Source: an uncultured virus (IMG/VR IMGVR_UViG_3300025691_000004) (lineage: Duplodnaviria; Heunggongvirae; Uroviricota; Caudoviricetes). From it: a stretch of 64,000 bases of DNA. Position 1 is the stretch's first letter, and each line of letters starts with the position of its first letter. The notes below the pieces were generated by a model, which made no database searches, was not told where the DNA came from, and worked only from the letters and a program-made list of their open reading frames with translations. Positions 19,268-28,661 of this stretch are shown here, one piece after another. The stretch is from the IMG/VR virus record IMGVR_UViG_3300025691_000004; one strand, 5' to 3'. Position numbers and translations under genes: made by a program.

Positions 19268-20161
19268 ATGAAGAACGTGATGGTGACGGGCGGGTTGGGC
19301 TACATCGGCGCCCACCTCGTAGATGAGCTGAAGGAGCGAGGACACAAGGTCTTCGTGATCGATCAGAATGAAAAGAGTCCCAACCTCGACTACGTGTCGA
19401 AGCGGGCGATGGTGCGGTTGAGCTCGCTGCAGGACTACCAGCTGCGTCTGCCGGGCGAAGAGCGCATGTTTGACGCGATCGTGCACCTCGCGGCCTACAT
19501 CGACGTGGCCGAGAGCGTGCGCAAGCCGCTCAGCTACTGGGACAACAACATCAACAGCACCACCGCGGTGATCGAGAAGTTCGAGACGCCACACTTCATC
19601 CTGGCATCGACCGGCACCGCCTTCGATCCTGCCAACGCCTACGCGCACTCGAAGGTCGCCTGCGAGACGATCGTGCGCGAGGCGGCTGACGCGGACCACG
19701 CCACCATCGGCGGCTACACGATCTTCCGCTACTTCAACGTGAGCGGCCTGAAGAAGGGCATCAACCCGACCGGTGTCCCAACCCACCTCATTCGCCGCGC
19801 CGCGATGGCCGCCGCCGGAAAGATTCCAGAGCTCACCGTTATGGGCTCGGACTGGGAAACTCGGGACGGCACGGCGATTCGTGACTACATTCACGTTGAG
19901 GACCTGGCTGCCTCCATCGCGAATGCGATTGATGTAGGTCCAGCAAACACGCCCCATGAGGGACTTGGGTCAGGAAGCGGCTCGACCGTCCTCGAGGTAG
20001 TCCAATCAATGAAACGCGTCACGGGGGTCGACTTTCGAGTTACAATGGCTTCACGTAGACCCGGTGACGTTGCCTCCATGGTATGCGCCAACCAGTATCC
20101 TCACATCCGATTGACCAAGACGCTTGACGACATGTGTCTTTCCGCCTACGAGAACGTATGA
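19268..20161 (+). CDS. galE: UDP-glucose 4-epimerase-like extended SDR
   Basis: VTGGLGYIG, VHLAAYIDVAES, YAHSK, FRYFNV, TRDGTAIRDYIHVEDLA, RRPGDVA. Confidence 0.88.
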   Translation: MKNVMVTGGLGYIGAHLVDELKERGHKVFVIDQNEKSPNLDYVSKRAMVRLSSLQDYQLRLPGEERMFDAIVHLAAYIDVAESVRKPLSYWDNNINSTTAVIEKFETPHFILASTGTAFDPANAYAHSKVACETIVREAADADHATIGGYTIFRYFNVSGLKKGINPTGVPTHLIRRAAMAAAGKIPELTVMGSDWETRDGTAIRDYIHVEDLAASIANAIDVGPANTPHEGLGSGSGSTVLEVVQSMKRVTGVDFRVTMASRRPGDVASMVCANQYPHIRLTKTLDDMCLSAYENV

Positions 20162-21321
20162 AGATCCTCATTACCGGCTTCAATAAAAATCAATGCACGC
20201 GCAAGTTCTACCTTCGGCAGCAGCTGAAGGTTGTGCCGTCGCACTACTCGCTTGTCAACTGCCTGATGGACATGGGCTACGAGGTGGACCAGCGACAGGT
20301 CACCATCGGAGAGGACCTGAGCGGCTACGACGAGATCATCGTGTTCATCGCCGGCCCGCGCCAGCTGGTGGCGACGACCGTCTACGAGGGCCTGTGGGCC
20401 ATCTCGCAGCGCCCCGACTGCATCCTCGCCTTCGACGACTGGCAGGTGCCCGACCTCTTCAAGGGCGTGGCCAAGTGCGATGGCAAACCTGACGAGCTGT
20501 TCGCGCAGTTCATTCTCGACGTCAACAAGAAGACGCTCGAGGAAGTCAAGCCGTACGAGAAGCAGTTCATGCAGGCGCTGAGTGTGATCACCGCCAAGAA
20601 GAACCGCATGCTCATCAGCGCCTTCCGCACCGAGCACCTCGGTGACAATGAGACGTATGGTCCGCACCTGCTGTTCGACAAGATCGACTACCCACGCAAC
20701 CGCCTGTTCGTGTACAACCCGAACCCCTACCACCGCAACCGCATGTGGGGCGATATCGGCCACGAGGGCGATGAAGATCCGACATGGAAGCCGTCGCCGC
20801 TCTCCTACACAGTCGGTCCTCGTCCTGAGAAGGAGCGCCGCTTCAACTTCGCCAGCCTCGTGCAGTCGAAGACGCAGAAGTGGCTCAAGAAGCAGGGCTA
20901 CACCGGCAACCCGAAGGACGATGAGCAGGGCACGATCGGTGGCTGGGCAGTGGACCTCTACGGCTCAAAGGCCGAGACGCAGAAGCGCCTGACAGAGGAT
21001 CAGATGGTCGAGGTCATCACCCGCGACTGGGGCTGCCTGATGCCGGGCTACGAGCACGCTGGCTCGGGTTGGTGGCGGGCTCGCCCGCTGCAGTGCGCCG
21101 CCGCCAGCTCGATCCTGCTGGGCGACGACAAGGAGCTGCGCGTCTACTACGGCAACGACTACCCGTTCTACGGTCTGAAGGCTGCCGATATCGTCGAGGC
21201 CACTGACATGGAGCTACGTGAGATCGCTCAGGCGCAGACCGACTTCCTGCACACCATTCATCCGCTCGACAAGAGCGTGCAGGAAGCAGAGCTGCTCGCT
21301 GCACTGGTGGCGCCGAAATGA
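20158..21321 (+). CDS. putative DNA glycosyltransferase (orphan, GT-B-like)
   Basis: MKILITGF N-terminal beta strand, LAFDDWQ, GCLMPGY-x4-GWWRAR; lies between epimerase and mutase; recalled resemblance to sugar-transferase ORFs of T4-like phages with modified cytosine (not verified). Confidence 0.55.
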   Translation: MKILITGFNKNQCTRKFYLRQQLKVVPSHYSLVNCLMDMGYEVDQRQVTIGEDLSGYDEIIVFIAGPRQLVATTVYEGLWAISQRPDCILAFDDWQVPDLFKGVAKCDGKPDELFAQFILDVNKKTLEEVKPYEKQFMQALSVITAKKNRMLISAFRTEHLGDNETYGPHLLFDKIDYPRNRLFVYNPNPYHRNRMWGDIGHEGDEDPTWKPSPLSYTVGPRPEKERRFNFASLVQSKTQKWLKKQGYTGNPKDDEQGTIGGWAVDLYGSKAETQKRLTEDQMVEVITRDWGCLMPGYEHAGSGWWRARPLQCAAASSILLGDDKELRVYYGNDYPFYGLKAADIVEATDMELREIAQAQTDFLHTIHPLDKSVQEAELLAALVAPK

Positions 21322-21620
21322 TCGGCTACAAGCTCTTCACGCAGCGGGCTGACGGCTCGCTCGGTCCCCTCTTCATCAACCGCTCGCAGCGGCTGGAGGT
21401 CGGCGTTGAGTACCAGGCCGAGGATCACCCGACGAAGGGCTACGCGCACCGCCCGGGCTGGCACATCTGCTCGAAGCAGGAAGCGCCGCACCTGAGCAAG
21501 AAGGGGCGGGTCTGGGCAAAGGTGAAGTTCAGCGGCTACACGTCGCACCAGCGGCCGGCGAGCCAGGGTGGGCTGTGGTACACCGCCAACAAGATGAAGA
21601 TCATGGAGGTTCTCCAATGA
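21318..21620 (+). CDS. hypothetical phage protein
   Basis: Coupled ORF; YKLF, HPTKGYAHRPGWH. Confidence 0.65.
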   Translation: MIGYKLFTQRADGSLGPLFINRSQRLEVGVEYQAEDHPTKGYAHRPGWHICSKQEAPHLSKKGRVWAKVKFSGYTSHQRPASQGGLWYTANKMKIMEVLQ

Positions 21621-22852
21621 GGGTGCTCGTTGTAGGAGCCGGCTTCGCCGGCGCAGTGGTTGCTCGTGAGTTGGCTGAGGCCGGCCATGAGGTCACGGTC
21701 ATCGACAAGCGCAACCACGTTGGTGGCAACGCGTACGACTACGTGAACGAGCACGGTATCCGCGTGCACAAGTACGGTCCCCACATCTGGCACACGTCGA
21801 ACGACGAGGTGCACGAGTGGGTGTCGCGCTTCACCGACTGGGTGCCGTACCAGCACTACGTTCGCGCGCAGCTGGGCGATGACTTCAACGACGTGACCGT
21901 GCCACTGCCCATCAACCCAGCCACCATCGAGGAGGTCTTCGACATGGAGTTCGAGGACTGGCTGGAGGAGAACGAGAAGTGGGTCGACGTCGATGACGAG
22001 TACCAGCCCTACGTGAAGCGGGGCGCACATGCGGCCTTCCTCGAGACGAAGGTGGAACACCACGACCCGGTGACCAACAGCCGCGAGCACGTCGAAAACA
22101 GCGTCGGCAAGGAGCTGTGCGACCTCTTCTTCGCTCCCTACACCCGCAAGATGTGGGGCCTGGAGCTGGAGCAGCTGCCGGCATCGGTCGCCGCCCGCAT
22201 TCCGACGAACGTGGAGAGCGGCAGCCACCTGTACTTTCCGAAGGACAAGCACCAGTACATGCCGGCCGACGGCTACACCGCCATCTTCAACCGCATCTTC
22301 GACCACCCCAACATCACGGTGCGGCTTGACAGCGTGTATGAGGACGGTCGGGTGTGGCGCAACGGCTACGTGCTGGGTAAGGAGTTCGACCACGTCTTCA
22401 CCGCTCAGCCGATCGACGAGTACTTCAAGTGCGAGCTGGGTGAGCTGCCATGGCGCTCGGTAAAGATGCATGTCGTTTCGCTGCCGATGCCGAGCGTGCT
22501 GCCCTCGCCGGTGCTGAACTTCACTCACTCAGGTCCGCACACGCGCGTCACCGAGTGGAAGAAGTTCCCAGCCCATGGCGGCAACGAGTTCTGGACGACG
22601 CTGACGTTTGAGGAGCCCTGCGACTACCGCCTCAACGACATGGAGCGCTACTACCCGGTGAAGAGCGCTGACGTCAACGACCCGAACCGTGAGCTCTACA
22701 AGCAGTACAAGGAGAAGGCCGACGCGCTTCCTGACGTCACCTTCATCGGCCGTTGCGGCCAGTACGCCTACCTCGACATGCACGCCGCCATTTCATCCGC
22801 CCTGGCCTCAGTCCGCAAGTTCCTCAAGGAGAAGAGCGATGCTCAAGTTTGA
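21617..22852 (+). CDS. glf: UDP-galactopyranose mutase
   Basis: VVGAGFAG FAD motif, GGNAYD, HKYGPHIWHT, YTRKMWG, RYYPV, GRCGQYAYLDM. Confidence 0.93.
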   Translation: MRVLVVGAGFAGAVVARELAEAGHEVTVIDKRNHVGGNAYDYVNEHGIRVHKYGPHIWHTSNDEVHEWVSRFTDWVPYQHYVRAQLGDDFNDVTVPLPINPATIEEVFDMEFEDWLEENEKWVDVDDEYQPYVKRGAHAAFLETKVEHHDPVTNSREHVENSVGKELCDLFFAPYTRKMWGLELEQLPASVAARIPTNVESGSHLYFPKDKHQYMPADGYTAIFNRIFDHPNITVRLDSVYEDGRVWRNGYVLGKEFDHVFTAQPIDEYFKCELGELPWRSVKMHVVSLPMPSVLPSPVLNFTHSGPHTRVTEWKKFPAHGGNEFWTTLTFEEPCDYRLNDMERYYPVKSADVNDPNRELYKQYKEKADALPDVTFIGRCGQYAYLDMHAAISSALASVRKFLKEKSDAQV

Positions 22853-23546
22853 ACGACCAACCCTCATCACGCTCACGGCACCGACGTGCAGCGGCAAGTC
22901 CTACCTGCTCAACGCGCTGGAGGAGCGCGGTCTCGTCGACCGCATCGTTAGCACGACCACTCGCCCAATGCGTGAAGGCGAGCGCGAAGGCGTCGACTAC
23001 TACTTCATCTCGCAGGAGCACTCGCAGAAGCTGGAGGCCGACGAGAACTTCTTCGAGCTGATCACCTTTCGCGGCACCCGCTACGGTGTGACCAACCTGG
23101 AGATGGAAGGCAAGATGCGCGCTGAGCGGCCGCCGATCATCGTGCTCGAGCCACAGGGGCTCGCCATCTACGAGCAGAAGTGCCGCGAGAACGGCTGGGA
23201 CGTCTTCAAGGTCTACGTGCACGTCATCGAGAGCCTGCGCATCCAGCGCCTGAACGCGCGCACCGAGAAGGACGTGATGCAGCTGGTCAATGGCGCCTCG
23301 GTTCCGAACGGCATTCACTCACGCACGTTCAGCCAGCTCGCCCTCGAGAAGGCAGCGCAGCAGCTGCCGAAGATCATCGCGGCGCACACCGACCGCCTGC
23401 TCTCCATCACCGGTGAGGAGCGCCACTGGTCCAACGTGACCACCTTCGACGCGCAGGTGCCAGGCGACAACCTCGAGAAGGCGATCGAAACGCTGACCGC
23501 CGGCGTTGAGTGGCGCAACAAACGCGTGCGGCAGGGCCTCGTATGA
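22839..23546 (+). CDS. guanylate-kinase-like NMP kinase
   Basis: APTCSGKS, STTTRPMREGEREGVDYYF, RYG. Confidence 0.85.
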   Translation: MLKFERPTLITLTAPTCSGKSYLLNALEERGLVDRIVSTTTRPMREGEREGVDYYFISQEHSQKLEADENFFELITFRGTRYGVTNLEMEGKMRAERPPIIVLEPQGLAIYEQKCRENGWDVFKVYVHVIESLRIQRLNARTEKDVMQLVNGASVPNGIHSRTFSQLALEKAAQQLPKIIAAHTDRLLSITGEERHWSNVTTFDAQVPGDNLEKAIETLTAGVEWRNKRVRQGLV

Positions 23547-24049
23547 GCGACAAGAGCAAGGGCCGCATCGGCTTCACCTGCTCGACCTTCGACCTCTTCC
23601 ACGCAGGACACATCCTGATGCTGGAGGAGGCGAAGCGCCAGTGCGACTACCTCATCGTCGGCCTGCAGACCGACCCAACGATCGACCGCCCGTTCAAGAA
23701 CAAGCCGGTCCAGTCGGTCTTCGAGCGCTACACGCAGGTGAAGTCGTGTCGGTTCGTGGACGAGATCGTCGTCTACGCCACCGAGGCGGAGCTGCGCGAC
23801 GTTCTGCTCGCGTACCCGATCGACGTGCGCATTCTCGGTGAGGAGTACCAGGGCAAGGACTTCACCGGTCACGACATCGACAGCATGGAGTTCTACTTCA
23901 ACCGTCGGCGCCACTCCTTCTCATCGAGCAGCCTGCGTGATCGCGTGTACCAGATGGAGCTGGCAAAGAGCCGCCCCGTCCAGATCACCGAGCCTGGCGA
24001 CGGCGGCCACGACTGCCCTGTCTGCAACGCCACTGGTCGCCTGACCTAA
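23543..24049 (+). CDS. cytidylyltransferase (TagD/RfaE-like HxGH family)
   Basis: FDLFHAGH, LIVGLQTD, ER...VDEIV, SSSSLR; C-terminal CPVC tail. Confidence 0.85.
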   Translation: MSDKSKGRIGFTCSTFDLFHAGHILMLEEAKRQCDYLIVGLQTDPTIDRPFKNKPVQSVFERYTQVKSCRFVDEIVVYATEAELRDVLLAYPIDVRILGEEYQGKDFTGHDIDSMEFYFNRRRHSFSSSSLRDRVYQMELAKSRPVQITEPGDGGHDCPVCNATGRLT

Positions 24050-24063
24050 ACCACCTGGTGACA

Positions 24064-24119
24064 TGTAACCCCTCAACCTGCGTTGAGGGGTTTACTCCTG
24101 CGCGTCCCTAGGCTACAAT
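24064..24119 (+). promoter_or_regulatory. stem-loop fused to an early sigma70-type promoter
   Basis: AACCCCTCAAC-CTGC-GTTGAGGGGTT hairpin; GTTTAC at 24090 and TACAAT at 24114. Confidence 0.6.
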
Positions 24120-24176
24120 GGCATACGAGCGCGCCGCTGCGCGCTATCTTCGTACTAATGCCTGATTGGAGCGCGC

Positions 24177-24695
24177 ATGTCATCTTCTCGTGAGTACCGC
24201 CTCTACACGTTCGTCGCCGGTCTGTACCTGAACCACCTGCAGAAGGGGTTGCAGACTGCCCACGTCGTGAGCGAGCTGTCCCAGTTCAAGATCAACACGA
24301 TGGAGCGCGTGGCCTTCGATGCCTGGGCCATGTTCGACAAGACGATCATCATCTGCGACGCCGGCAACCACAAGGGCGTGGTCGACTGCTGGGCGGAGCT
24401 GTCCCGCATCAACTCAGCGCTGAACCTGCCGGCGGCCATCTTCTACGAGGACGAGCAGTCGATGAACGGCATGGCCACGGCCTGCGGTGTCATCGTCCCG
24501 CGCGAGTACTGGGACGTGAAGTTCGTGGACAACTTCGTGCCACCGGGCGAGTACGGCGTGGAAGCCCGGCCTGCCTACTGGGTGCACACCTACGAGGGCG
24601 CCTCAGGTGCGATGCGCGAGTGCCGCTACGACGTCACCCACCCTGAGGGCCAGTTCTGCTCGCACATCAAGCAGTACCGCCTGACCTCCGCGTAA
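24177..24695 (+). CDS. peptidyl-tRNA hydrolase II-like protein
   Basis: Pattern LYTFV...KGLQTAHVV...W...KTIII...FYED...TACGVI resembles the PTH2 fold. Confidence 0.45.
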   Translation: MSSSREYRLYTFVAGLYLNHLQKGLQTAHVVSELSQFKINTMERVAFDAWAMFDKTIIICDAGNHKGVVDCWAELSRINSALNLPAAIFYEDEQSMNGMATACGVIVPREYWDVKFVDNFVPPGEYGVEARPAYWVHTYEGASGAMRECRYDVTHPEGQFCSHIKQYRLTSA

Positions 24696-24761
24696 CATTT
24701 CACCTGGTGGTACAGGCTGTTACATCTTCGCTGTGTACATCCTGGCCCACCTGTGTAGAAT
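24692..24761 (+). promoter_or_regulatory. GTAAC...GTTACA element plus early promoter GTGTAC-N17-TAGAAT
   Basis: GTGTAC at 24733-24738 and TAGAAT at 24756-24761. Confidence 0.65.
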
Positions 24762-24767
24762 GCCAAC

Positions 24768-24995
24768 ATGCGCAACAAAAACCCTCCTCCCCGTCGGTGC
24801 TGGCTTTCCACCTTCTGGAAGAACTCGCAGGCTGAAGACACCGCGTACTACGAGTTGGCTCACCGCGCGATGGACGCCATGGTGAAGGGTGGCATGACGG
24901 AAGAAGAAGCGCGCTCGCACGTTCAGCTGCTGTGGTCTGGCGGCTACGAGAACGGCGCGTGGGAAGAAGCGTACAACCTCAACGAAAACAGCTGA
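24768..24995 (+). CDS. hypothetical early protein
   Basis: ORF directly after the promoter. Confidence 0.6.
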   Translation: MRNKNPPPRRCWLSTFWKNSQAEDTAYYELAHRAMDAMVKGGMTEEEARSHVQLLWSGGYENGAWEEAYNLNENS

Positions 24996-25005
24996 AGGAA
25001 ACACC

Positions 25006-25530
25006 ATGCAATTCGGTTCGCAACACCTGTTCCCGCTGGAACGCGTCGAGACCCTGATGAAGGGCTACTACATGGATGGCAAGGGCGAGGTCTACTCGAC
25101 CAAGCGCTCGGGCACGCCGCAGCGCATGCATGGCTCGGCGACCACGTCGGGCACGTACCTGACGCTGAACGGCCGCTCGTTCAGCAAGACGCAGCTGCAG
25201 CGCCAGGCCATGGCCCACCCGTACTTCAAGATGGAAACGTCGGTCGCCCCGTACGTTGCAGCCACGCCGGCTGCTCCGGCTGCGGTGACGCAGCGCTCGC
25301 ACGCCTCGACGCTGGCGGACGGCATCCGTGCCCGCGGCTGGGTGATCGCGAAGGTCGCGGTGGTGCAGGGCGAGGAAGCGCTGCTGTTCGGCTCGAAGCC
25401 GGCCGTGCACACCACGCAGGCCTCGGTGGACGCCGAGCTGACGCGCCTGGCCACGCTGAACCCGGGCACGAAGTACGTCAAGCTGAAGATCGACGGCGGC
25501 CTGCTGCTCGGCGGCCTGACGCGCCTGTGA
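25006..25530 (+). CDS. hypothetical protein
   Basis: Strong codon bias; AAGGA RBS. Confidence 0.7.
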   Translation: MQFGSQHLFPLERVETLMKGYYMDGKGEVYSTKRSGTPQRMHGSATTSGTYLTLNGRSFSKTQLQRQAMAHPYFKMETSVAPYVAATPAAPAAVTQRSHASTLADGIRARGWVIAKVAVVQGEEALLFGSKPAVHTTQASVDAELTRLATLNPGTKYVKLKIDGGLLLGGLTRL

Positions 25531-25757
25531 TGAGCTACCCTCGCCTGCACACCGAGGCGTACTCGTTCTCGATCGAGCACGGCGAGGGAACCACCATCAC
25601 CCTCACTCAGACTGCCACGGGGAAGACGAAGGTCTTCTTCCTGGCAGGTGTTCGGCCAGTCGAGCCGCTGACGGACCACCTGAACTCGCTCACCGACGAC
25701 CTCTGCTCGCAGTGGTTCAACGAGCGAGAACGCAAGCCCAAGAAGGAGAAGCAGTGA
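25527..25757 (+). CDS. hypothetical protein
   Basis: Coupled ORF. Confidence 0.6.
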   Translation: MMSYPRLHTEAYSFSIEHGEGTTITLTQTATGKTKVFFLAGVRPVEPLTDHLNSLTDDLCSQWFNERERKPKKEKQ

Positions 25758-25939
25758 ACGCGTTCATTTTGACGATGGTCATCACGCTGTCCACCACGAC
25801 GCAGAACCGCGCGATGGTCTCCATCGTGACCGAGTACGGCACGCAGAAGGCCTGCGAGGAAGCGAAGGAGCTGAACCGTGCTGCTCTGGCCGACGGTCGC
25901 ATCATCCTTGCCACCTGCACGCGCAAGGTGATCATGTAG
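25754..25939 (+). CDS. small hypothetical protein
   Basis: GTG start with AGGAG RBS; hydrophobic N-terminus; two Cys. Confidence 0.55.
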   Translation: MNAFILTMVITLSTTTQNRAMVSIVTEYGTQKACEEAKELNRAALADGRIILATCTRKVIM

Positions 25940-26615
25940 ATCTTGCTGCTATAGTGGCAGCAAATTTTGCTCGCCTCTCAGGTGTCCAAGTGGGCCGCTT
26001 CTTACCAATCTGCGCTTCGCTGATCTTCTTGCGATGCTGCTCTGACTTGGGCTTTCCTGCATGCACCGCGCTGATCTTTGCCTTCGTCTCGTCAGTGTGA
26101 ACACCCCATGATCCCCTCTTTTGGCCCCGCTGGGCATCGGCATGCTTCTTCACCGCAGCAGGATCCTTCTTGATACCTCGCAATGCTGAAGCCCTCTTCT
26201 CGTTGGCCTCAGGCGTCTGTTTCCTTGTTGCAGGATCCCGCCTCTTCGCGGCCTCACTGATCTTGCGACGGTGCTCGTCACTGAACTTCGCTGTTTTCCA
26301 GAAGCGACTTGCGTCATAGCGGCGATTGGTTACATGTGCTCGGCCTAGTCTCTTGTTTGTGTTCCTGATCATGAGGTTCAGGGCGGCGATCATCTTGCCT
26401 CGTGCCACGCCTGAATGCATCTTCACGAGCAGCAGGTGCAGCAGGAAGTGCTCTCGAGGTGTTACACTCACGAGGTTCTCAGCAGCGTTTGTTCCTCCAA
26501 GGGAGGCAGGGATAATGTGGTGCTTCTCCAACCTACCCGTGTAACTGTCACCGTTTGTTACATACCGAGCACGGGCTTGTGATACAATAGCATCATAGCA
26601 TCTGTGGTAGTTCAT
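25932..26615 (-). mobile_element. free-standing HNH homing endonuclease with NUMOD3-type repeats
   Basis: EKHHIIPASLGGTN..ENLV..TPREHFLLH; H(S/T)xExxxKIS repeats; antisense to neighbours, atypical codon usage. Confidence 0.85.
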
Positions 26616-26650
26616 CTCTGCTACACCTCCGATAACTTACGGATATTTAC

Positions 26651-28639
26651 ATGGCAAAAACGATCGAACAGCGTTTCGTGAAGTTGAGTGAGGTAGATCA
26701 TGTCCTCCTCCGCCCCGGTCGCTACATCGGTTCCATCAAGCCCCACACCGCCGTCGAGTTCGTGCCGAACGTCAAGTCCGCCACGGACGTGTCGATGGTC
26801 AAGGGCCAGTACACGTACAACCCCGGCTTCCTCAAGCTCTTCGACGAGGTCATCAGCAACTCGGCTGACCACTCGAAGCGGCCCGAAGGCAAGCACCTCG
26901 ACACCATCCGCGTCGAGGTGGACCAGGCCAAGGGCGAGATCACGGTCTACGACAACGGCGGCATCCCCGTCGTGAAGCACAAGGAGTACGACCAGTGGGT
27001 GCCGGAGATGATCTTCGAGCTCCGCGCTGGCACGAACTTCGACGACAGCGAGGAGCAGACCCTCACCGGCCAGAACGGTGAAGGTGCCGCGCTCACCTGC
27101 ATCTTCTCGACCAAGTTCCGCGTCGAGACCTGCGACGGCAAGAACCGCTTCCTGATGACGTTCAGCGAGAACTCGCAGCACCGTCCCGCAGCGAAGGTCG
27201 AGCCGGCCAAGGGCGACAAGGGCTACACCCGCATCACGTACATTCCCGACTTCGAGAAGCTGGGCATGTCCGGCATCGACGGCGACAACATGAACATGCT
27301 GCTCGCTCGGGTCTACGAGGTGGCAGCCACCAACACGCACCTCAAGGTCTACTTCAACGGCACCCGCGTGATGACGCGGTCGTTCAAGGACTACATCGAG
27401 ATGTTCACCGGCCCGAACGGTGAGTACGTCTTCGACGACGGCGACAGCTTCAAGGTCGGCGTGGCCAAGTCCGACGACGGCTTCATCCACACCAGCTTCG
27501 TGAACACGAGCCGCACCAAGACCGGTGGTTCGCACATCACCTACGTGGTGAACCAGATCGTCGACGCGGTTCGCGAGCACATCAAGAAGAAGCACAAGGT
27601 CGAGGTCAAGCCAGCCGACGTTCGCAACCACATGCACCTCTTCGTGGACGCGACGATCGTCAACCCGCGCTACTCGAGCCAGACCAAGGACGAGCTCATC
27701 ACCGAGCCCAGCGCCTTCGGCCGCACCTGGACGGTGCCTGAGAAGTTCATCGCCAAGCTGCTCAAGACCGAGATCGTCAAGGCGATCCTCGACTGGGTCG
27801 CTGCGAAGGAGCAGGCCGCGCTGATGGCCGACCTCCGCAAGGCGAACAAGGACGTCGTGCAGACGAACTACCGTCGCGTGGACAAGTTCGCCGACGCTCT
27901 CGAGAAGCACAAGCGCCATGAGTGCATCCTCTTCCTCGCCGAGGGTGACTCCGCTGCCAAGTCCCTCTTCGCGGCCCGCGGCAAGAACCCGCTCATCGGC
28001 ACCTTCCCGCTGAAGGGCAAGCCGCTGAACGTTCGCGAGAAGGACATCGCTCGAGTGCTCGGTCTGGACAAGAAGAAGGAGCGCGAGAAGGAAGGCAAGA
28101 AGACGGAGCCGAACGAGATCCAGAAGATCCTCACGATCCTGGGCCTGCAGATCGGCGTGCCGGTCAAGTCCCTCCACGACCTCAACTTCGGCAAGGTCGC
28201 CTTCGCGAACGACGCCGACGTGGACGGCTCGCACATCGCCGGCCTGCTCATGAACCTCTTCGACACCTTCTGGCCGGAGCTGTTCAAGATGGGCTTCGTC
28301 CACATCCTCCGCACGCCGACCGTGAAGGTCTACCTCAAGGACAAGACCGTCCTCGAGTTCTTCACCGAGCGCGAGTTCAAGGAATGGGCCAAGTCCGAAG
28401 GTGCTCGCACCAAGGGCTGGAGCCACCGCTACTTCAAGGGCCTCGGCACTACCAAGACCCCCGACTTCGTGCCGTACATGGAGAACCTGGACAAGTACCT
28501 GTTCCAGGTGACCGTTGACGGTGACGAGGACAAGCAGGCCATCGACCTCGCCTTCAACGGTGAACGCGCCGACGACCGCAAGAAGTGGCTGGAGACGCCG
28601 GCCGGCAACTTCGAGGACTTCATCGCCGAGGCGGTGTAA
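26651..28639 (+). CDS. DNA topoisomerase II large (ATPase + TOPRIM) subunit, gp39+60-like
   Basis: EVISNSAD, DNGGIP, GQNGEG, EGDSA, PLKGKPLN, DADVDG, YFKGLG. Confidence 0.95.
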   Translation: MAKTIEQRFVKLSEVDHVLLRPGRYIGSIKPHTAVEFVPNVKSATDVSMVKGQYTYNPGFLKLFDEVISNSADHSKRPEGKHLDTIRVEVDQAKGEITVYDNGGIPVVKHKEYDQWVPEMIFELRAGTNFDDSEEQTLTGQNGEGAALTCIFSTKFRVETCDGKNRFLMTFSENSQHRPAAKVEPAKGDKGYTRITYIPDFEKLGMSGIDGDNMNMLLARVYEVAATNTHLKVYFNGTRVMTRSFKDYIEMFTGPNGEYVFDDGDSFKVGVAKSDDGFIHTSFVNTSRTKTGGSHITYVVNQIVDAVREHIKKKHKVEVKPADVRNHMHLFVDATIVNPRYSSQTKDELITEPSAFGRTWTVPEKFIAKLLKTEIVKAILDWVAAKEQAALMADLRKANKDVVQTNYRRVDKFADALEKHKRHECILFLAEGDSAAKSLFAARGKNPLIGTFPLKGKPLNVREKDIARVLGLDKKKEREKEGKKTEPNEIQKILTILGLQIGVPVKSLHDLNFGKVAFANDADVDGSHIAGLLMNLFDTFWPELFKMGFVHILRTPTVKVYLKDKTVLEFFTEREFKEWAKSEGARTKGWSHRYFKGLGTTKTPDFVPYMENLDKYLFQVTVDGDEDKQAIDLAFNGERADDRKKWLETPAGNFEDFIAEAV

Positions 28640-28661
28640 GCCACAACCAAGAGAGGAACAC

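Noticed and set aside
19268..24049. Host LPS/capsule operon or bacterial contamination
   Set aside because: The genes are coupled to phage-type ORFs, share the phage codon usage, and lack wzx/wzy or typical LPS transferases; glycosylation of virion proteins remains an open alternative
25932..26615. HNH genes as group I intron ORFs
   Set aside because: Both are antisense and intergenic; the flanking genes are intact
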